From Octopus bimaculoides (lineage: Eukaryota), in assembly GCF_001194135.2 (NCBI RefSeq), contig NC_068988.1, forward strand, positions 77,557,868 to 77,621,841: DNA of 63,974 nt. Direction: 5' to 3'. Shown in pieces: positions 50,587-63,974 of this stretch. The translations under genes and the position numbers were made by a program. Below the pieces are notes generated by a model. That model ran no database searches. It was not told the DNA's origin and was given only the letters and a program-made list of their open reading frames with translations. The first letter of the stretch is position 1, and each line of letters begins with the position of its first letter.

Positions 50587-52087
50587 CATACATACATCAG
50601 TAAACTTCATAGTTTACTGATGTATGTATGGTGAGACAGAGAACAAAAGTTATATATGTATGTATGTATGTATATGGAGGGGGAATTTAAATTCAGATGC
50701 AGCAACTGTCTTTCTATATTTAGACATCCTGTGAAGAGTCATGCAACTACACACTTGGCATTAATCTGGAAACATCAACTACAATATCAAACGAAAGATC
50801 CTTTCTATGACCAAGCTTTATATTAATGGGACAGAATGATATTCCATATGTTTGCATGAATAAGTGTATCTTTTAAAAATATTAACAATCTCCAGGGACT
50901 ATATAAATTCTAGGAGTGAATTTTTTTCATCATGGCCAACATGTAGACACACACTTGCTTTTGTATGTACATCTGTGTGTTTCTGAAAGAATTACTGTTG
51001 TCCAATGAATAAAAACTAACTTGTTTCTCATAGGAAATTGAACCCACTAATGTAACTAAGTATAACTCTATTCCAGTAATTAATGTAGCAATCTACTGAC
51101 TATGCTACTCCATCCCCACAGTTCCATGTTGAACCTGATACTGATGGCCATTTATCGCAATTCCTGCTTCTTTTCAATTGCAATCATTTCTTTGTCTGTT
51201 AATCTTCCACATGAAGTATGAGAGAAAACAAGGGATGATGAGAATAATATAAGACATCCATGCTGGAACTGGGAATCAAAAATAGGTGCAAGACACAGGT
51301 TATTGCTACAAACAATAGTTCCTGTCTCAATATTTTAGAAATAAATCAACATCAGGATGATTTTTTAAATAGAACAAAATGTCTGTGATTTATATGAGGA
51401 GCTAAATGAAGTTGTGCATCTTTGTAGATTTATGGTTCTTATTTTCTCTTTCTTCTGAAGAGTATTAGCATTAGAAGCGGAATGGCTACAAGCTGGATTT
51501 AATATGGAGTATGTATCACGATTACCATCAACTTGCTGCTGCTGGTGCTGGTGCTACTGTTGTCTGTCGGTAGTAAATCATAATATTGATTTCTCATCTG
51601 GGCACAAGGCCAAATACTGAACGACATTAGTGCAGTTGATTGAATTAACACCAAAATATTACTGGTAATTATTTTTTATCTCTCAAATCCTTATAAAGAA
51701 TTTGATCTCAGTCTAGGCACAGTCATGTACCTAACAAGTTCACTTCAAAATCAGGTAGTTCTTGGTTCAGTTGCACTGTATGATACACTTTGTGCAACTA
51801 TCTCTTATGATTCCTTCAGCTTAATGATTACCATGTGAATGGGATTATATTTTAGAATTAGGTTGATAGAATCTGTGCAATGCCATGTCTGATGTTGATA
51901 TCTGTCTATTTATCTATCTATCTGTCTGTCTGTCTAGCTAGCTACATACATCATACATGCATGCATACATACATACATATATATATATATGTATATATAA
52001 GATACAGAAATAAATTTATTTCTGTATCTTACTATACATCTCAAAGCTTCTAAAGACAAACTTTGTTTGTTTACTTTCATCGTAAAG

Positions 52088-52118
<31 letters not shown>

Positions 52119-53057
52119 CATGGTCATACACACACACACACACACACACTCACATAATTATTACAAAAATATAAAGGAAAACCTTTACTGCGGCAAAACT
52201 AATCAGCACTCTATAAGAGCAAATAATACCATAAATCAAAATGAAGGATAAACTTTCAAAGGTGAAATTCCTTTATCAAAATTCATATACGGTATCAAAA
52301 TACATAAATGTAGACTCATCAAAAGTTTTAGGTGTCAACCATTCCAATATTACAAGTGAACGATGATGTTAGATGAGCAGTAGTATATAATAGCATATAT
52401 ATCTTTACGATCATTTCAAGAAATGGCCACATTACCCTCATCAGAGGTACATTAAGCGGTTAAAATATTTAAAAAATAGTTTTAAAATAGTTTTCAAATA
52501 TCATCTACTTACAGAGGATAGGAGTGTTTCAGAATAATGTTATAGCTTTTTAGAAAAGTTTGTAAGGATGTTGTAAAAATCTTTGTAAAATGAAAAATAT
52601 TTGTAAGAATAAAATATTTGTGCCAATAAAGATGAAGATATTTGTAAAAGTAGAATGCAAAGTTCCATAAAATTGTGAATGTAATATCAGATGAATATTT
52701 TCATATAAAAGGAATGAGGACGATATTTCATGTTCAACCCAAGTTAACAGTTTAAATAAGCTGTTGGATTGTTAATAGTTAATCATAGAGTGAATCCATG
52801 TACATGGAATGTTGGTGGAGATGAGGGAAATGTACCATTTATATTAATTGGAAGATTTGTCCAGTACAAACACAATTTCCTGAAACGATTGTAAGGATAT
52901 ATACTACTGCTCATCTAACTTCATCATTGACTTGTAATATTAGAATGCTTGACACCTAAAAATTTTGATGAATCTATATCTATGTATTTTGATAACATAA
53001 ATGAATTTTGATAAAAGAGTTTCACCTGTGTAAGTTTGTCCTCCACTTTGATTTACA

Positions 53058-53127
<70 letters not shown>

Positions 53128-53235
53128 GAGGGAGAGAGGCACAAGCATCTTCTATTATCATCTCAGGCCGACCAAAACCTCATGAGTGCATTTGGTAGAC
53201 AGAAATGAAAGAAGTCTGTCATACAAGTATATATG

Positions 53236-53271
<36 letters not shown>

Positions 53272-54369
53272 ATGTCTCTGTGTCTGTGACAACTGGTGTT
53301 GGTGTGTTTACATCTCTGTAACTTAGTGGTTCAGCAAAACTGAATAAGTATCAGGCTTAAATAAAAAGTATTGGGGATTATTCATTCAACTAAAAATTCT
53401 TCAAGGTGATGCCTCAGCTTTGCTGCAGTCTCACAACTGAAACAACTACATGAAAAAATAAAGAATATAAATACACACACACACACACACACACAAAAGT
53501 GTGCATCTGTGTTAGCATATATTTTTAAGATTAGGTTAACCAGTGTAAATTAATTTCAAACTGTAACTTTAGGATTCAGTAGAGATTAATAGAATAAGTA
53601 ACTGACTGAAAACTTCACTCAGTTCAATATGATTGGCTAAAAACAGTGCCTGAACAGGGTCGCAGTCCAATGACTAAACCCAGTTAGAAAATAAGCATAT
53701 AGAAGATGAGTCAGACTAAACACAATAATGTCATCTAGATCACACTATCATTTCTACCAATTGTTGTCCCATGTCATTATAAAACAATTTACTGTAGACT
53801 CAATTTTTATTCTTAACTTTCTTCATATTTTCAAACACAAAATAGCTCAAGGTATTTAAAATTCTATTTGGAACTAAAACACTTGAACATAACAAAAGTG
53901 AAATTTACAAAGCATTATATAGTTTCATCTGATTGTTGATGCTTTAATGTCAAAAGAAGTGTAGGGCAGGAATCGTTAGATGAAATTGCTGATAGTTTTT
54001 GGGGCTTCCAGAAGATGAAGAACTTGCAAAGGTTAACTTGAATGAGTTTCATGGCATGTAACTAATTATACTTTCAAGAATAGCTGTGTGACATGACCCA
54101 GGGGTGCGGTCATCATAAGAACCAAATAGTTCAATGGAAGGTAATATAGTGAGAGAAGTAATTTTTTATTTATTAAACTTAACTCATGTAATGAGATGAA
54201 ACAATCATTAGTTTAATGCTTCATTCTGGTCAGAATAAACCAAGGGGTATAATTGTGGAATATGTTAAAAGTGAAAATTAAATGGGAGTGTGTAGTGGGG
54301 AATGATTGGTATCTTGGCTGTATGGTGACAACTGCGGATATATTTTAGTTTTATTAACGTCTTCAGTGG

Positions 54370-54697
54370 TGAATGTGTGTGGCTTAGTGCTAGGGTATTC
54401 AGCTCACAGTTGTAAGGTCGTAAATTCAATTCCTAGTGGTATGTTGTGTCCCTGAGCAAAACACTTTATTTCATGTTGCTCCAGTCCACTCAGCTGGCAA
54501 AATTGATAAGTAACTGTATTTCAAAAGGCCAGCCTTGTCACATTCTGTGTCACAATGAATCTCCCTGAGAACTACATTAAGGATACACATGTTTGTGGAA
54601 TACTCAGTCACTTGCATATCAATTTCACAAGCAGGCTGTTCTGCTGACAGGGTCAACTGGAACCCTCATCTTTGTAACTGACGGAATGCCAGTTCCA
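54370..54697 (+). mobile_element. family C SINE
   Basis: Matches the reverse complement of 321-660. Confidence 0.8.
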
Positions 54698-55715
54698 ATG
54701 AAGTGTAGAGTTACCAGTAATTGCCAGAACATGAGATAGCTGAGGCACATAAAGGTTTTGAGTAGATAAACAATGATAGATGTGACAAAAGAACATTACT
54801 TCAGGATGTTTTCTGCCTGAAAAAGAAAAAAAGAAAAAAAGAACAAATATTTAACTTAATTTTATTTTTTAACAGACTTTGATACATCATAGAGTCTAGG
54901 TTTAATGAAATATTTGAAAAAAAAGAACAGATATTTGTCTCTATTTGGTCTCAGGAACTAAATATTGGGGCATGAAGAGCAGTAAGAGAGACCAATATTT
55001 ACGCATTGCCAAATAAACCATTCTGTCCATTAAACAGGTGTTCTTGTGCAGGAATAATTGCATTGGGAATAAAATCATCGAACTGTATAATTGATTCGGA
55101 TTTGATGCTGGCACTTAATGCAAAGCACCATATTCAACATTAGATGATGAGATACGCATCTAGTCCCTGGATTGATGATGTAAATAAATGGCCACAACAA
55201 ATGTCAACCTATTGTGATCTACAGCAGATCAGTCTTTTCTTTTACAGCCAGCAATCAGAATATACAGAAGAGTTGTAAATTTTTTTATAGTTTGCAGGAA
55301 TATACTAATTCACTTAGCATGCAGACTTATTGTTGGCCTCATATATCTACTTCTTTTTAAAGGAACCATAATCGAGTTGTATTCTGCCACACTACAAAGA
55401 ATCTCTGTACCCTATCAGATTTGATAGGTCCTTATTTTCATATTGTGTATGCCTTTGCTCAAAGCATCAACTTACTTGTCTCTACATCATTATCATCACC
55501 ATCATCGTTGTCGTCATTGTCGTCGTCATCGTCAACATCATTTTAAAGTCAACTTTTCTATACTTCCAGGGATCAGACAGAATTCACTGAGGCAGGTCTT
55601 CCATGGCTGGACGCTGTTCCTGTCATCAACCATTACCTTGGCCTATGATAAGATTTGAGTGGCACCACTTGCATGATGGGGACACTTGCTACCGCTATTG
55701 TAATGTTAAGACAAG

Positions 55716-55760
<45 letters not shown>

Positions 55761-56384
55761 AGGCTTTTTTCAGTTTGTGTCTACCATATCCACTCACAAG
55801 ACATTGGTTGGCAGTGGGACTGAACTCGAAATCATGTGGCTGAGAAGTAAACTCTACATCAATAACAGTTCCCCAACATTCACAAAACCTCTATAACCAT
55901 TGTGCTGCATCCTCTTTCACTAAAGTAGCAGATTCCCTATGACAAAAGATAGAATACTTTGTGGTGTTTATTCTAGTTCTTTGTGCCCTAAGTTCAAGTT
56001 GTGCCATGTTTGCTTTTGGTTTCCATCATTTCCAGGTTGATAAAAGCACTATTCAAGGATGGTAGATTGATGGAATTGTTTAGAATGTCAGACAAGGCAC
56101 CTTGTCCTGACTCTATGCATTCTGTGTTCAGTTTCCACTTGGGTATGAAAATCCTACTAACATTTAGGACTAATCACCTGACATTTTAGATAATACAACT
56201 TATGATATACAGGTACAACACTGCCCTTCCCAACACTAATGGTCTACAACCTTTTTTAGAATCTGGACTAATTTACAAGCAGAAATTTCCAATTCTTATG
56301 GCCACCAGACTCGCACAATACAGTATTAATAAACTTGTATCATTTATACTAATGTTCAGGTAGATGTATTTTGTTTAAGTAAAT

Positions 56385-57130
56385 TTAGGTGTGGCTGTAT
56401 GGTAAGAAGCTGGCTTCCCAACCATATGGTTCCTGGTTCAGTCCCACTGCATGGCACCTTGGGCAAGTGTTTCTACTATAGGATTGGGTTGATCAAAGCC
56501 TTGTGAGAGGGTTTGGTAGATGGAAATTAAAAGAAGCTTTTCATATATATATAAGTGTGTGTGTGTGTGTATGTATGTGTTTGAGTTTGTGTTTGTCCCC
56601 CTACACCACTTGACAAATGGTGTTGGTATGCTTATGTCCCCATGACTTAGCAGCATGGCAAAAGAGAACAAAAGCACTGGAGTTGATTCATTTGACTAAA
56701 ACTTCATAGTGGTGTCCCAGCATGGTTGCAATCTAATGACTGAAACAAGTTACAGACAAAAGATAAATTTGTTTATTTTCAAGTCTGTAAACCAAGGTGA
56801 CCTTGAGCATGTGTCTTCTCAGGCCAACCAAAGCTTTGTGAGTGTATTTGGTAGATGGAAGCTAGAAGAAGCCTGTTGTATATATGTATATATATCTATA
56901 TGTGTGTGTCTTTGTGTTTGTGTTTATCCTCCATCACCACGCTGCTTGACAGCTGGTACTGGTGCATTTATGTCCCTGTGACGTAGTGGTTCAGCAACAG
57001 ATAACACCAATAGAGTGAGTACCAGACTTTAAAAAAGAAATAAGTACTGGAGTCGATACATTCGACTAAAAATCCTTTGAGGCAGTGTCCCAGCATGGCC
57101 ACAATCTATTGAGGGAAACAAGTTAAAGAT
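56385..57130 (+). mobile_element. two tandem family A SINE copies, the second headless
   Basis: The core and 3' body occur twice. Confidence 0.8.
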
Positions 57131-57469
57131 AATCTGTAAAGGTTTTGAAACTAAGGATTCTGGAAAACAAAGGTTTTACTTGTATTTGTTAAAAGAAGGA
57201 ATGGTCGTGGTTAAACTACTTTTGACTATGTATCTGTTCATTCAATAATTCACTCTAAAATGTCTCTATTTCTCAGAATGAATTAAAACTGCTATACAAC
57301 AAAGCCACTTCGTTCACACACTAATTAATGGTTTCTCACAGATTAATTAGTGATTTCTCTCCCGTTAATTAATTATTGCTTATACTGATGCAAAAATACA
57401 GGTTTGTAAGGAAGGGACACACACATAAACACGCATGCATGCACACATGCACACATGCACACACACACA

Positions 57470-57699
57470 TGGCGAGCTGGCAGAAACGCTAGCACGCCAG
57501 ACGAAATGTTTAGTGGTATTTCGTCTGCTGCTACGGTCTGAGTTCAAATTCCGCCGAGGTCGACTTTGCCTTTCATCCTTTCGGGCTCGATTAAATAAGT
57601 ACCAGTTATGCACTGGGGTCGATATAATTGACTTAATCCGTTTGTCTGTCCTTGTTTTTCCCCTTTGTGTGTAGCCCCTTGTGGGTAGTAAAGAAATAA
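57470..57699 (+). mobile_element. young family B SINE with CpGs retained
   Basis: GGCGAGCTGGCAGAAACGCTAGCACGCC...CCGCCGAGGTCGACTTTGCCTTTCATCCTTTCGGG. Confidence 0.9.
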
Positions 57700-57725
57700 C
57701 ACATACACACACACACACACACACA

Positions 57726-58971
57726 CAGGGTGTCCCAGAAAGATTTACCTATGTTTAAAACTCTTCTTAAAGAATATCGGTTCAGGTAATATTATTTACA
57801 TTTTGCATAAATATTTCTCTATGACTTTTCTTCATGTGTCTATTGTTTTGTTCATTTTATAACAGATTTGTAAACAAACATGGCATTGAAAGCAAAATGT
57901 GACCAGACTGTCACTTTGAAAGCAGTTGGAGTGAACAACAAGGACATAACAAAACAGTTGAATGTGTGCTGTAAAACACTGTTCAATACCTGGAAACAAT
58001 ATATGGAGTTTGCTACTACCTCTTGCAAACCAATTCCTGGTAGGAAACGATGAATTTGTACCAAGCAAACTCTTGAAGCTGTGACTAAGCAAATGAACCA
58101 AAATCGTTACAGGAGTGCCAGAAAAACTGCAAAAGCTCTTGATATGTTGAAATTGTCAATACACAGGATTTTTTAAAGAGAATTTAAAGCCAATTGTATA
58201 CAAGAAACAATCCTAGTGGTTAATTTCAGCAACTTCCAAGAAGAAACGGCTTGACAGGGGTAAAACCATGTTAGCTGAGATGACGTGCATTGCAAACAAA
58301 GTGTTGATCTGGTCCGCTGAGATCTTCCCCATGGAGGCAGTTACCAACAGGCAGAATGACAGACTTTAGCCCAAAGCTAGCAGGTGCCATTTACACTGTC
58401 AAAAATCAGCTTCACTCATGGTGTGGGCCACAGTTGCAGTTGATGGATCCAAGTCTCCCTTGATCTTCATCGATGCTGGTGTCAAGGTCAATAGTGAAGT
58501 TCATGTGGAAATGTTGGGTGAGAAAGTGTTACCCTGGGTCACAGAAACCTTTGGTAACAATTACACATCCAATTTGACACAGAGGTGTTGCAAAGAACAT
58601 TTCAGTGGTTTTGGGGACAAGACAATATGGCCTCCTTCAAGTCCAAACATCAATTCCATGAACTTTGCAATCTAGTCCATCTCAGAGAATAATGTTTCTG
58701 CTCACTTCTATACAATTGTGTCAGATCTAAAGAAAGCCCTTCTGTCGTTATGGGTCAAGTTAGATGAAGGAGTGGTACAATGCTCATGCACCTCAGTGAC
58801 CATTCATTTGCAGGCTATGATCAAGACCAAAGGCGGTCGTTTGGAAATGCAATTACTGCAACGGATTGACAATTTACATTAGAACATGTGTGCCAAATTT
58901 CATCATCATACCTTAAGTTTATTTCGAATAATTACGAAATATCAATGGGTAAGTCTTTGTGGGACACCCTG
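57726..58971 (+). mobile_element. maT/DD37D-like Tc1/mariner transposon, decayed, both TIRs present
   Basis: TIRs CAGGGTGTCCCAGAAAGATTTACC / GGTAAGTCTTTGTGGGACACCCTG followed by TA; transposase from ATG 57880 with MVWATV..DGSKSPLIF and WPPSSPNINSMNFAI; the second catalytic D region appears deleted. Confidence 0.85.
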
Positions 58972-59984
58972 TACACACATATTGATATTGATGCTTATTA
59001 TCAACATTAGAAGTCAATATTGAACTACCAAGGATTTGAACTTCAAACAAAGAGGGACAGAACTAAATCCTGATGTCTTTTAGTTTCTGAAACTGCAGTA
59101 ATTGTTGCTGTTGCTGCTGCTGATGTAGTTGTTGCTGCTGCTTCAGTTGTTTAATCTTGTATCATCCATTACAATTGAGTAGATCTATATTGAGAGACAT
59201 TCCAGTTTTGACCACTCCATGTTGTTTCAAAGCATAAGATATCTAGGACTACACTATTCAATGTGTCCTTTTTAACATGTTAGGGTGGGAAATTAGGGAG
59301 ATTTGGCTGCTGTTTCAAGCAGGTAGAACTTTCTGCTCTGGCAGTGTCTATGAGACAATCACAGAGCACTAATATTTGTTTTTCTTTTCATCTTCTTGTC
59401 AAAAGGGAGTATTATGCTTCAAAAACCTTTAAAGTTCTCTAAACCTGGTGGGAGAAAGAAAGAGAGAGAGAGAGGAGGGCATCCTTAAATTGGAAACCTA
59501 ACCAAAATGCTTGCAATAGAGTGGCCCCTGCTAACAAATTTTCTCCAAGATTCCAGGTAATGTTATTAAACTGTGTGAGGGATTCATTCTACTCAACATG
59601 GAGGCTAAGGTAGGATTTGAACTCAGAATGTGGAGAATTGTACAAATATCATAAAGCATCTAATTTGATATTCTATTAATTCCACTAATCCTACTCTGAA
59701 TTGGTATTTTTTTCATTCACCCTAAAAGGATAAAAAGTAAAGTTGACTTCAGCAGGAATTGAACTCAGAGCACAGTAAGTCAGATCAAATAACATGAGGC
59801 ATTATAAATGATGCTCTAATGACTCTGCTAATTCACTGCCTTAATGTATTTTTTTTTTTTCTGTGATCTGGCTTTGTCTCCGAAACTGAGTGTTGCAGAG
59901 CAGGAGTACTGGTTAGGCCAAATTACTCTGTAAGGCGCTTATGCCCAGTTTCTCTGATGTATATATATTCCTCCCTGGATGGGA

Positions 59985-60150
59985 TGCTGGTCTGTCATAG
60001 GATTACTCATTTTTACCAGCTGAGTGAACTGGAGTAAAGTGAAATGAAGTGTTCAGCTCAAGAACACAATATGTTGCCTTGTCCAGGAATTGAAACCACA
60101 GTCTTATGATCATGAGTCCAACAACCTAACCACTAAGCCTTTCACCTCCA
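59985..60150 (-). mobile_element. family C SINE, head and core
   Basis: CCAGCTGAGTGAACTGGAG core and tRNA-like head on the minus strand. Confidence 0.75.
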
Positions 60151-61284
60151 CAGAGGCAGGAGTGTAACATCTGCAAATAAAACTATCTACAAATAATATT
60201 AGTGTATTACTAGGAGGAACTGTAAAGGGAAAACATGAGAGAGGGAAATAGAGAACCATCTCAAGTTTAATATGTCAGCCATATCTAGATTTTTTGGTGA
60301 AGTTTTAGAATTTTATTTCCTCAAATAATTCTGTCTTCTAAGATGACAACTAATTATGGGAGACATTTTCTAAAAGAAAGCCAAACAACAAGTCTTAGAT
60401 CAAAACGTTCTTGCTCTTAGGATTTTAGTAGAAAATTTGTGTGTGTGTGCATTTGTATATGGTTGTGGGTATGTGTGTATTTGTGTGAATGCATATACAT
60501 GAATACACATAGTTGTCTACATGTGAGTTTTATTTGTGTGTGTGTATATATATATGTCTGTGAGTTCATAAACAAAAATGTCTGTGAGAGTGTGCATATG
60601 TGGTGGGATGTGGAAATGGTACTTTAGCTTCAAGATGATAATCGTTAAATTAACATTATCATTAACATTATCATTATCATCAACATCTTAACATGATCAG
60701 TGTCATTATCATCGCAATCAGCATACTGTTCATCTCATAATTATCAAGATGACGATAATGATGATGATTGTAATAGTCATTATCATTAATCCTCATTTCA
60801 TTTATTTTATCATTGTTCCAACATCCCATGTAAGAATGGAAAACTGAAAAACAGGAAATACAACAAAACAGTCAAAACCACAATACTAAAACAAATCAAC
60901 AGCAGCCAAAAAAAAAGAAAAGAAAAAGAAAAATGGAAGCAAAAAATAACCTCTGAATGGTCCCTGACTTAGATGTATAAAATACTGAATTAATATTGGC
61001 ATGTTTCAAATTAAGAACTGGAAACTACAGACCCAGCTGTCAATTATGCTGACTATTTCCATATGCACTTTGTTGAGAAGATGCAGTTCATATATCAACA
61101 CACATATATACAAATACATGCACTAATAAATGAGTGTACAAAAGTGTGCATGCACACACACATGCACACACTCACACAAAATAATCTTTAAATAAACAAC
61201 TGTACTGTTATTACCTAACAAATGCTGTGGTCCAGCTTAACAGATAAAGAGCATGTAAGCAACATTTGGATATACACATGTGAA

Positions 61285-61319
<35 letters not shown>

Positions 61320-61479
61320 GCCGTGTGTTCAAGTTTGCTTTCCAATCACATGCTTTTAGGTTCAGTTCCTTTGCATGGCTGCTTGAACAAGTGTCTTCTA
61401 CAGTAATCCCAGGTCAGCCAAAATATTGTAAATGGATTAGCTAGACAGCAACTGAAAGATGCCTGGTTAATTCATGTGT

Positions 61480-61958
61480 CATGTTACTGACACAAGTGCC
61501 AGTAAGAGCATCTTTTCAGTGTTGGGCTTCACAGGGGCAATGTGACCGATGCTGGTGTCATGTAACTAGCACTCATGCTAGTGGCATATAAAAGGCACCT
61601 TTTGTGTACTAGACCTCATGGAGACATTGCTGGTGTCACATAACTAGCACCTATGCTGGTGACACATAAAAAGATCCTTTTGAGTGTTGAGCCTCTCAGA
61701 AGCAATGACAAATGGCTGAGACCTTTGGTAATATATTGTGCTTAAGAAGAAGACCCATCAAGCCAAGTGAAACAGGCACCCATGCTGGTGGCATGTAAAA
61801 GCACCCATTACACTCTTGGAGTGGTTGGTGTTAGGAAGGCCATCCAGCCATAGAAACCATGCCAAATTTGGTGCAACCCCTCAGCTTACCAGCCCTGCTC
61901 AAACTGTCCAACCCATGCTAGCATGGACAACGGATATTAAATGATGATGATGATGATA
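61480..61958 (+). mobile_element. RTE 3'-tail repeat with tandem units and (GAT)n tail
   Basis: The terminal ~170 bp matches 10880-11061; preceded by a family A SINE head at 61318-61465. Confidence 0.7.
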
Positions 61959-62229
61959 ATATATATCTATATATATATGTAAGATATATAAGGATTTACA
62001 ACAATACCAGTGGCTTAACATGTGGAAAAAAAACCATAGAGGTAAATAATTATTTATTAATAATGAAGGGTACTAGAGACAGCACCAGCATGCTACAATA
62101 GCAGTCAGAAATGACTTAATACCACAAACTACACTAATACACAAAGGTGAGAAAATTATTTACCTTTATGGTTTTGTTTACGCATGCTAAGCCACTGATA
62201 TTGTTGTAAACAATATCCTTATATATATT

Positions 62230-62447
62230 AAGGTGGCAAGATGGCAAAGACATTAGCATGCTGGGTGAAATACTGGGCGGTATTTCATCTGTCTTTACAT
62301 TCTGAGTTCAAATTCCACCAAGGATGGCTTTGCCTTTCATCCTTTCAGGATCAATAAATTAAGTACCAGTTGTGTACTGGGGTCGATCTAATTGACTGGG
62401 CCCCTCCCCCCAAATTTCGGGCCTTTTGCCTAGAGTAGAAAAGAATA
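62230..62447 (+). mobile_element. family B SINE
   Basis: Head, core and AGTAGAAAAGAAT end. Confidence 0.85.
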
Positions 62448-62815
62448 AACCTTATATATTTTTATGATTTTCGTTCACTTTGATCACCTTTTTAAAATTG
62501 TTGTGATATTAAAAATGGTCATTGCACACATTGGTGGAGATGGGCAAGCTCGATGGCCCTAGGTCAGCAAGACTTACTGAGGACAACTATACATGATATT
62601 TTCACAAAGTTTGAAATTGCTGCGATACGGGTATGTCTGGTTTTTCAATTTAGACATTTTTCATCATTTGTATGGGGTCTTAGAGTTATTTTTGCCCACT
62701 CCCCGATTTTACCTTTGTGTATTAGTGAAGATTTGTGGTCTTAAGACGTTTCTGACTGCTATTTTAGCATGCTGGTGCTATCTCTAGCACCCTTCATTAT
62801 TAATACACACACACA

Positions 62816-62871
<56 letters not shown>

Positions 62872-62872
<1 letters not shown>

Positions 62873-62905
62873 TAGCAGAGATACCAAGCCTTGCTTGGGA
62901 TTAAA
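62872..62905 (-). mobile_element. Helitron-like 3' terminus
   Basis: Minus strand CCAAGC-AAG-GCTTGG hairpin, then TATCTCTG-CTAG|T. Confidence 0.65.
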
Positions 62906-63223
62906 ATAGCACAGATTTTTATTGCTTTACTTGCTTCAATCATGTGACTGCGGCCATGGTGGAGCACCGTCATTGGTTGAGGAAATCAACCACAGGATTT
63001 ATTCTTTGTAAGCCTAGTACTCATTCTGTCAGTGTCTTTTACCAAACCGCTAAGTTACAGGAATGTAAACACAGCAACATCAGTTGTCAAGGAATGGTAG
63101 GAGTACAAACACAAGACACAGGCACACACATACACAAATATACAAATATATACGACAGTGTTATTTCAGTTTCCGAGTACGAAATCCACTCACAAGATTT
63201 TGGTCAGCCTGAGGCTATAGTAA

Positions 63224-63261
<38 letters not shown>

Positions 63262-63319
63262 TTTCGGTGTGAATGGTTTTGTTATACGGCGCCGTATTTT
63301 ACAATCCTGTAAATAATAA

Positions 63320-63580
63320 TAACGGTATTTTTATATAAGCTTAAAGCTTATGCCATTCACCGTGCAATGACTAACGAAAATTGTGTAATAACGGAGCATA
63401 TAAGCCCTCGACAGAAAAAAGAAGGCTTTCCCATCCCCGTGGGACACGAATCCACATCCCTTTGTTAACATGACTGTGTGTGTGTTACTTTCACACACAG
63501 ATAGGAAAGCCTTGTTTTCCTTAGTCATTGCACGGTGAACGCCATAAAGTTGAAGCTTATATAAAAAAATACCATTGTTA
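63320..63580. repeat. ~60-bp imperfect inverted repeat pair with a ~135-bp spacer
   Basis: 63320-63380 is the imperfect reverse complement of 63515-63580, sharing TTCACCGTGCAATGACTAA. Confidence 0.85.
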
Positions 63581-63974
63581 GTGTAAGGGACGACCGTGCG
63601 AACTTAAAAAGGAGAAATGGTGACGAATGGAAAAACAGAGGACTCCTTTTATTTAAACGTGTCACACGGTCGAACACAAAATAATATATATCAATAATGA
63701 TGATATAGATGATAGGTTATGCGACGATAACATAGATGACCAGTAATGAAAGACCACAACCGTATTAGATGAATAACAGAGATATTTATTATAGTGTTAA
63801 AGATGTATGTCTGTGTGAGAGTGTGAATGCGACATATAATAACATAATCAAAGACAGGCCGTCATACAAAGAAAAGTGTGTATGTGAGTGATACATGTGT
63901 GAGTTATTACAGCAGATAGAAAGAGAGTCAATATATAACACGTGAACAATTATACCAGTTCTTGGGTACACAAT

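Overview
AT-rich, microsatellite-dense animal genomic DNA with five large and four 10-nt N gaps. The SINE and LINE repertoire looks like that of an octopod cephalopod (inference from recalled repeat consensus sequences, not a database search). I found no convincing host protein-coding gene, rRNA or functional tRNA, and most six-frame ORFs are microsatellite or gap artefacts. The window is a graveyard of decayed mobile elements: three tRNA-headed SINE families, RTE LINEs, R4/Dong-like and CRE-like RLE retrotransposons, several Penelope-like elements (PLE; RT plus GIY-YIG), mariner, maT/DD37D, pogo/Tigger, a hAT MITE, Helitrons and foldback elements. The most interesting signal is RNA-level. Four sites (three distinct sequences) fit minimal type I hammerhead ribozymes (HHR). 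Three sit in PLE 3' ends. The fourth sits in a ~600 bp palindromic element (29822-30432) built from two head-to-head tRNA-like Pol III heads, each followed by (AAT)n and an HHR-bearing body, with the ribozyme core deleted from the left arm. This is a candidate non-autonomous Pol III/ribozyme retroelement that may be PLE-mobilised. Also notable are a complete non-autonomous Helitron carrying a degenerate (TTAGGG)n array and an unexplained GC-rich structured island.
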